Shown piece by piece: positions 58,195 to 64,000 of a stretch of 64,000 bases of DNA. Both the position numbers and the translations under genes were made by a program. The stretch spans positions 2,976,001 to 3,040,000 of the forward strand of contig OZ251518.1 of the NCBI GenBank assembly GCA_965242965.1. Direction: 5' to 3'. Under the pieces are notes generated by a model that saw nothing but the letters and a program-made list of their open reading frames with translations, was not told the origin of the DNA and searched no databases. The DNA is from Candidatus Poribacteria bacterium. Its GTDB lineage: Bacteria; Poribacteria; WGA-4E; WGA-3G. Position 1 is the first letter of the stretch, and the number at the start of each line of letters is the position of its first letter.

Positions 58195-60507
58195 ATGCAA
58201 AAATTACAGTGGTTTGGAATCTTGCTGAGTCTATTCGTGATTTGGGTTTCCCCGCTTTCCTTAGCAGAGACAGATGGGGTTGTGGAGGTGGAGGAAGTCA
58301 CCGTGACAGCACTCCGCGCCGAGAAAGAACCTTTTCACACGCCTATGTCTATTTCGGTGGTGAATGTGAAACAGTTGGAGCGCGCCAACGCCGATATTAC
58401 GCCGAACCTGCTTCGCGATGTCGTCGGGGTTATCGCGCAGCAGACTACCGTGGGACAAGGTTCACCGATGTTACGGAGTCTGACCGGGTATCAGACGTTG
58501 ATGCAGGTAGACTGGGTGCGTCTCAACAATTCAACCTTCCGGTCTGGCCCGAATCAATATCTGTCAACGATTGCGCCGGAGACGCTCAGTCGGGCAGAGG
58601 TGCTCCGTGGTTCTAGTTCGGTGTTATACGGGAGTGGTGCGCTAGGCGGCGTTATCAGCCTCTTTTCCAAAGAGGTGCCGCTCAATCCCGCCAGTGAGAG
58701 TTGGGACATTCAGCCGCGGCTGTTCGCGCGCTATACCACTGCGACACAAGAACGCCTCGCGCGAGCAGAGGTGCTCGGCACGCAGGGACGCTTCGGGTTT
58801 CTTATCGGTGGCGGCGCGCGCTTGTATGGCGATTTGAACGCTGGCAGCGGCTATGATCTTCACTATAAAAACCGCAAGTTTGAAGTCGTCACTGAACGTC
58901 CGAGAGGCGTTAAACTCTTTGACGGTTTGCCCGATACGCCGCCAGAGCGATGGCTGATTGACACCGAGGCACCCTTGGGCTGGCGCGCTTACGATGCCGA
59001 TGCCAAAATTGCGTATCAACTCACGGATACTAGCACTATTAATGTGGCATACCAAATGTGGCGGCAGCCGCAAACGCCGCGCTATGATAAAATCGCACCG
59101 CGCGAGTTTGATGAATTTTACTTTGAACCGCAAAATCGAGATCTCGTTTATGCCAACTACGTGATGGATGCGGTTGGCGGCGGCATTGACACCTTCCGGC
59201 TCACTGCGTCTTACCATCGCCAAAAAGAGGGACGCAACGAGGTGCAACATCAAGCGACAACCCGCCGGCAAAGATTTGATACCGTTAACACGGTAGGATT
59301 CAGCGCGCAGGCTGTCAGTAGCGCGCTTCCACGGCAACGTCTCGTAGGCGGCGGCGAATTCTATCTGGATACGGTGCAGAGCCGCACGGTGAGGACAGAT
59401 TTGAACACAAACGTGGAGAAAGTTGACGAAAATCTGGGACGGTTTATCAACGGTTCGCAGTTCTGGGATGCGAGTCTGTTCCTGCAAGATGAGATTGACA
59501 TCCACGAACGTGTTGCGCTTACCCTCGGCGGCCGCGCAACGTTTTATCAGACGAACGCTGATCTCTCGCTTCGCGACGAGAGTTTTGACGAATTTGACGA
59601 TGCGGATAACAGCCTGACCGGGAGTGCGGGTATTGTCGTCGGAGTGACAGAGTCGCTGAACTTTGTGAGCAGTTTCGCCACGGCATTTCGCGCGCCTTCG
59701 TTGAACGATACGACAGCGGTGGAGGTGACGAATGCGGGTGTCACCGCCCCGAGCCCGGACTTGGAGGCAGAAACCTCATGGACAATTGAAGGTGGACTCA
59801 AGGCGAAGCACGCTTATTTCCGCGGCGCGCTCACGCTATTTCACAGCCGTATCAACGGGCTCGTCACGCGGGTGCCGGTAGAAGAAGCGTATGCGGGTGA
59901 AACCATACCGCAACTCTATCGCGACTTGTTAGCCACTTACGGCGGCGAAGAAGGTGTCGGCGTGTATGTCTTCGACAACGTTGATGAGGCGCAACTCCAA
60001 GGCGTTGAACTTGCGGGCGTAGTGCCGTTGCCTTCCGACTTATCACTCTACGGGAATGTGGCATGGATGCGCGGGAAGGTGTTGCTACTCAACGGTGTAA
60101 CGCCAGATGCGGCGAAGCCGTGGGAGGCACATATTCGGCGTGAACCGCCGTTGAACGGTGTCCTCGGCGTGGAATGGGAACCGTTACATACGCGGTTTTG
60201 GGCAGGTGTGTTTGTGCGCGGTGCGGCGGCACAGCGACGGCTCAATCGGAGCGATATCCGCGACCCGAGAATTCAAGGGAAAACGCGGGATCCGGCGGAA
60301 GTCACCTTTGATTCGGATGGCAACGCGCTTGATGCAGGCACTCCCGGTTGGTGGACACTCAACCTGCGCGGCGGGCTCAAACTCACCCACTACAATAGCG
60401 TGACGCTAGTCCTTGAGAATCTGCTGAATCGGCGGTATCGGGAGCACGGTTCCGGTATTAACGCGCCGGGGTTTAACGTCAGCATCAGTTTGGACAATCG
60501 GTTTTAA
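58195..60507 (+). CDS. TonB-dependent receptor
   Basis: TonB box EEVTVTA; plug RAEVLRGSSSVLYGSGALGGVI; AFRAPS; ENLLNRRY; C-terminal F. Confidence 0.92.
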   Translation: MQKLQWFGILLSLFVIWVSPLSLAETDGVVEVEEVTVTALRAEKEPFHTPMSISVVNVKQLERANADITPNLLRDVVGVIAQQTTVGQGSPMLRSLTGYQTLMQVDWVRLNNSTFRSGPNQYLSTIAPETLSRAEVLRGSSSVLYGSGALGGVISLFSKEVPLNPASESWDIQPRLFARYTTATQERLARAEVLGTQGRFGFLIGGGARLYGDLNAGSGYDLHYKNRKFEVVTERPRGVKLFDGLPDTPPERWLIDTEAPLGWRAYDADAKIAYQLTDTSTINVAYQMWRQPQTPRYDKIAPREFDEFYFEPQNRDLVYANYVMDAVGGGIDTFRLTASYHRQKEGRNEVQHQATTRRQRFDTVNTVGFSAQAVSSALPRQRLVGGGEFYLDTVQSRTVRTDLNTNVEKVDENLGRFINGSQFWDASLFLQDEIDIHERVALTLGGRATFYQTNADLSLRDESFDEFDDADNSLTGSAGIVVGVTESLNFVSSFATAFRAPSLNDTTAVEVTNAGVTAPSPDLEAETSWTIEGGLKAKHAYFRGALTLFHSRINGLVTRVPVEEAYAGETIPQLYRDLLATYGGEEGVGVYVFDNVDEAQLQGVELAGVVPLPSDLSLYGNVAWMRGKVLLLNGVTPDAAKPWEAHIRREPPLNGVLGVEWEPLHTRFWAGVFVRGAAAQRRLNRSDIRDPRIQGKTRDPAEVTFDSDGNALDAGTPGWWTLNLRGGLKLTHYNSVTLVLENLLNRRYREHGSGINAPGFNVSISLDNRF

Positions 60508-60509
60508 TC

Positions 60510-60650
60510 GAGAGTGTTTCATAAATCGCTCAACGTCGCGGGGAAACCCGCTCGGATGCGCGTGTGGCATCCGAGGGGCCCCGCGCTACGATGAAAAAAC
60601 GCCTCCCCTTCACGTAGGGCGAGGGCCTGTCCCTCGCCAATTTGTAAGGG
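60510..60650. mobile_element. Partial TIR/REP element
   Basis: GAGAGTGTTTCATAAATCGCTCAACGTCGCGG followed by REP hairpins. Confidence 0.65.
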
Positions 60651-60668
60651 CGGCCAAACTCTCCAAAA

Positions 60669-61184
60669 CTATAGCCGCCCTTCAAATTTCCGTTTGATAA
60701 ACGCCACCACAATCGGCGGCACCATCTCCAGCAGTTTTTCTTCGCTGACCTTTCCCTGTCCCATCTCCACGACTTCCATCACGAGAGTGGAGCTGATATG
60801 CGCATATTGCGTATTCGCCATCATAAAGAGGGTATCAATATCCGGAGCGATGTTCTGATTCATGCGCGCCATCTTGAATTCCCATTCAAAGTCGGAGACT
60901 TCGCGTAACCCGCGGATGATTGCGCAAGCCCCGCGTGTCTGTGCGTAATGCGCCGTGAGCCCGGTATACCGGTCGAGTTCGGCTTGCGGGTAGGGTTGAA
61001 TGACGGCTTCTAACATCTGAATGCGTTCTTCCAGCGTGAAGCGTGCCGGCTTCGCCGGGTTGATGCCGATGGCAACGATGAGCCGGTCGAAAACGCTAAG
61101 GCTGCAGATTCTGTTGATGAGGTCTGCGTGTCCGTTGGTAACGGGATCGAAGCTGGCAGGGAAGATAGCGATATTTTTTGGCAT
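60669..61184 (-). CDS. coaD: Phosphopantetheine adenylyltransferase
   Basis: AIFPASFDPVTNGH, IIRGLREVSDFEWE, ISSTLV. Confidence 0.93.
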   Translation of the reverse strand: MPKNIAIFPASFDPVTNGHADLINRICSLSVFDRLIVAIGINPAKPARFTLEERIQMLEAVIQPYPQAELDRYTGLTAHYAQTRGACAIIRGLREVSDFEWEFKMARMNQNIAPDIDTLFMMANTQYAHISSTLVMEVVEMGQGKVSEEKLLEMVPPIVVAFIKRKFEGRL

Positions 61185-61196
61185 GTTCTTTCCTTT

Positions 61197-61805
61197 TTAG
61201 GCAACCTCAGTTTCTTGTCTGAGTCGGGCTATTGTGCGGCTGAGACTCGGTGATCTGGAAGCGGCTCGTTCTATATCCCACTGCGTTAAAACAAATTCTC
61301 TCAGCAGGTTGTTATATGCACCCCCGGTCTTTAGGGTTTTCGTAATCCGTTTGGGAACGAGTGCTTCTCGCAATCGGCGATTTTGACTTCTTCGTGCGAG
61401 CGAGACGAGGAATTCTTTCGGATTGGGTATCTCATCGGTGTTGAACGGAATTCGATGTCTGGGGATAGACAAAAATTCCGCGAAGGCACGCCGGTCTGCC
61501 ATTACCCAAGATTCAACTTCCATGACTGCGACGCGCAGGAGGAATCTTGGGTTTCGGGGTGAATTCAGCCAAGAGGCAATGAGCCTCGGCGGGCAAAGAT
61601 TGGGCGAATCCAAATCTGTCAACATAAACACACCGCATGCCTCGTGGGCGGCTTGGTTAAAGCCTCGCGCCTTTCGTTGCAGATAGGTTTGTCCTTCATA
61701 GATGACGCTTTGGACTATGTCGATGCCAAAATGCGACAGGAGTTTCGTCGAAACGGCATCGCTTAAGAGATCCTCGGTGACAAGGATGACGCTAGTTAGT
61801 CCCAT
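61197..61805 (-). CDS. DUF4276-like (TOPRIM/OLD-related) protein
   Basis: VTEDLLSD, LTDLD, AVMEVESWVMAD, PNPKE, SPSL motifs. Confidence 0.7.
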   Translation of the reverse strand: MGLTSVILVTEDLLSDAVSTKLLSHFGIDIVQSVIYEGQTYLQRKARGFNQAAHEACGVFMLTDLDSPNLCPPRLIASWLNSPRNPRFLLRVAVMEVESWVMADRRAFAEFLSIPRHRIPFNTDEIPNPKEFLVSLARRSQNRRLREALVPKRITKTLKTGGAYNNLLREFVLTQWDIERAASRSPSLSRTIARLRQETEVA

Positions 61806-62923
61806 CCTAATAAACTCAGCCTGTGTGCATGTTGAGGGCCGGCACCAGAAAGCAACACTTCCCCTGCCGTAAAACCCGCCTGAAGAAGTCGCTGCACGTG
61901 CGTAATATCCGAGGCAAGCTCGGCTTTCGTTTCAGCCTTTGTCGGTGTTAACACCAGCACCTCCGTACCGACAATCCCCTGTTCTGCGAGGAGAGAAGTG
62001 CTATGGGTGGTGACGAAAACCTGTTGCTGTTGATATAGCCGCGTCCCGGCAATCAGCGTCGCGAATTGAGAGACGATGCCCGGCGTAAAAGAAAATTCCG
62101 GTTCCTCCAATAAAATCACCGAGTCTGCCTCAAAGAGGGACCAGAACAAGGCGATGAGCCGCAGCGTTCCATCTGAAAACTGGTCTTCGCGATGCCATGC
62201 CGCCTCCGGCGGCCAGTCAGCATAACGCGCCTGCAAATGCGGATGTCCTGTCTGTTCATCACGGATAAAGGCCAGCCTCTCAAATCGCGGCACGGCTATC
62301 TGAAGAGCCGATTCAATCTTTTCAAGGCGGGCACAGCGAGTCGGTTCAGGAACACTCGCGATTTTCTCTAGAAACCGCTGGCCAAAAGGGTCATCTTCGA
62401 TAACTTCGTCCTGAAGCGGACCTGGAAACCGTAAAAATTGCGGCACCAGATGGAGGTAGGTAACGTTTCCGAGGAATCGGACGAACTCGCCACACTCGTC
62501 GCACGCCGCTGGATTTTCAAGAAAACTCTGCGTGGCGTGCAATGCATCGGAACGTTCTCGGAGTAACTTCTCTTTTTTCCAGAGGCACTCGTGCGTGATA
62601 GAGGGTTCAGAATGGCCACAGAATCCTAAACGATACCGCCACTTTTCGGGCGCGCTGGGGGATGCGGCGACGCGAATTTCAATTACGACTTCGGCATCGC
62701 GAGGCGCGGATACATGCCGTAACTTCGCAACACCACCTCGCATGCTGACGGCTTTCTGAAAGCCACCACCCGGTTTGGCAATGTCGCGAAGGAAGCGAAA
62801 AATATCCAGCAGATTTGATTTGCCCGATGCGTTCGGACCGATGATAAACTGCCGCGTCTGCAATTCTACATCAATATGTTGAAAATTCCGCCAATTTTTG
62901 ACGATAAGCCGATGGATGAGCAT
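61796..62923 (-). CDS. ABC-type ATPase (AAA_15/AAA_21)
   Basis: KNWRNF, GPNASGKSN, FSDGTLR, LLEEPE, TTHS. Confidence 0.85.
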   Translation of the reverse strand: MLIHRLIVKNWRNFQHIDVELQTRQFIIGPNASGKSNLLDIFRFLRDIAKPGGGFQKAVSMRGGVAKLRHVSAPRDAEVVIEIRVAASPSAPEKWRYRLGFCGHSEPSITHECLWKKEKLLRERSDALHATQSFLENPAACDECGEFVRFLGNVTYLHLVPQFLRFPGPLQDEVIEDDPFGQRFLEKIASVPEPTRCARLEKIESALQIAVPRFERLAFIRDEQTGHPHLQARYADWPPEAAWHREDQFSDGTLRLIALFWSLFEADSVILLEEPEFSFTPGIVSQFATLIAGTRLYQQQQVFVTTHSTSLLAEQGIVGTEVLVLTPTKAETKAELASDITHVQRLLQAGFTAGEVLLSGAGPQHAHRLSLLGWD

Positions 62924-63136
62924 TGCGAGTCCTCTTGATTTAGTGCTTTTAAGATATGATACCACAAAACAAATCGTAATGCAAGGTTTTTGTGTTTTCC
63001 CGTAGAACCGTTCAGTTTTCGATGTGCGCATCAAAACCGAAAACTAAATAGTCCTGTTGGAGAAAAAATCCCTTGTATTTTAAATGCATATTCTGCTAAA
63101 ATAGTGCTACTACATATTAGGGAGGAAAACTAGCGA

Positions 63137-63766
63137 ATGGGAAAGATTAATACCCTCGTCTTCGCAGGCGGGGCGATTCACGATTGGAAAGGGTGCAGTG
63201 ACGCTATCGTGAACTCGCTCTCACAGCGAGACGAATTTGAAATTACCCGAGTTGAGGAAGACTTAGACGCACTGGTTGCGCCGAACTTGGACCCTTATGA
63301 GCTCGTCGTTTTTTATTACACGATAGGCGAGATTTCGGATGCACAGAAGAACGGCTTGCTCAACCACATCGCTTCGGGCAAAGGCTACGTCGGCGTGCAT
63401 TCGGCGGCGGATTCGTTCCGCGGGTGTCCGGAGTATCGTTCCATGGTAGGCGGCTATTTCGTGACGCATCCGCGCTACCGTGACTACCAGGTCAGCATTG
63501 TGGATACCGAGCATGAAATCACGAAGGGACTGGACGAGTTCGTCGTGACGGATGAGCAGTATATCCTCGATTACGACCGGCGTAACCATGTCCTCGCCTC
63601 GGCTTTGTGGAAAGGCGACGCGGTGCCGGTTGCTTGGACGAAGAATTGGGGCGAAGGGCGCGTCTTCTATCTGGCACTGGGGCACGATGCCGCGGCGTGT
63701 CAGCATGACATGTTCGGAACGCTTCTGCAGCGGGGTGCTATCTGGGCAGGCAGCGGCTCGGCATAA
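63137..63766 (+). CDS. ThuA-like (GATase1-fold) protein
   Basis: GKGYVGVHSA, HEITKGL..DEQY, WGEGRVFYLALGH. Confidence 0.85.
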   Translation: MGKINTLVFAGGAIHDWKGCSDAIVNSLSQRDEFEITRVEEDLDALVAPNLDPYELVVFYYTIGEISDAQKNGLLNHIASGKGYVGVHSAADSFRGCPEYRSMVGGYFVTHPRYRDYQVSIVDTEHEITKGLDEFVVTDEQYILDYDRRNHVLASALWKGDAVPVAWTKNWGEGRVFYLALGHDAAACQHDMFGTLLQRGAIWAGSGSA

Positions 63767-63827
63767 TCCGTTCTGGTTCGCGCCTGCCATCGGTGGGCGC
63801 GACGCACCGATAACGAGGGCCGATGCC

Positions 63828-64000
63828 ATGAAACAGACAATCACCGATATACGGGTGCTTCAGAAACCGCCCGCGCATTGCGAGCTCTTTCTGGACGGTA
63901 AACCGTTTGTCGTTGTTCATGTCGAGTTGATTGTCAAGTTTGGGTTGCGCGTCGGCTTAGCTATTGAGGCACAGGTTATTGAGAAGTTAATCGCCGCGGA
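63828..64000 (+). CDS. recX: RecX family regulator, 3'-partial
   Basis: Translated by eye: MKQTITDIRVLQKPPAHCELFLDGKPFVVVHVELIVKFGLRVGLAIEAQVIEKLIAA, resembling the N-terminal extension of long RecX proteins. Not in the ORF track. Confidence 0.6.
   Translation, partial: MKQTITDIRVLQKPPAHCELFLDGKPFVVVHVELIVKFGLRVGLAIEAQVIEKLIAA

Overview
A 64-kb bacterial chromosome segment. The gene families and repeat style suggest Candidatus Poribacteria or a related Gram-negative lineage; this is inference, not a database result. Housekeeping genes: nadA, glnE, a glutamate dehydrogenase, pdxJ, an rRNA pseudouridine synthase, rnpA-yidD-yidC-jag-mnmE (no rpmH), a lone E1-alpha, coaD and the start of recX. 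Secreted proteins include a 2570-aa Ig-repeat adhesin with a T9SS/FlgD-like C-terminal domain close to a PorV-like barrel, and six proteins sharing a C-terminal (A/P)V(D/E)xxxKLxTTWGxLK tail. Defence-like cargo includes an OB/Zn-finger/REase/macrodomain locus, three tandem PD-(D/E)XK-like genes, three MNT-HEPN fusion genes, a methyltransferase-REase fusion, an AAA+PD-(D/E)XK gene, an ABC-ATPase+DUF4276 pair and an HNH gene. Many intergenic gaps hold mosaics of several GTAG-initiated hairpin (REP-like) families. Some mosaics lie inside a non-autonomous element with GAGGGTGTTTCATAA terminal inverted repeats and 8-bp target duplications, and some repeats bracket cargo genes, duplicate host junctions or sit in-frame in proteins. 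The ORF track splits a probable selenoprotein (exported thioredoxin fold, UGA-encoded UxxC, SECIS-like hairpin). No rRNA, tRNA, CRISPR-cas locus or transposase was found.
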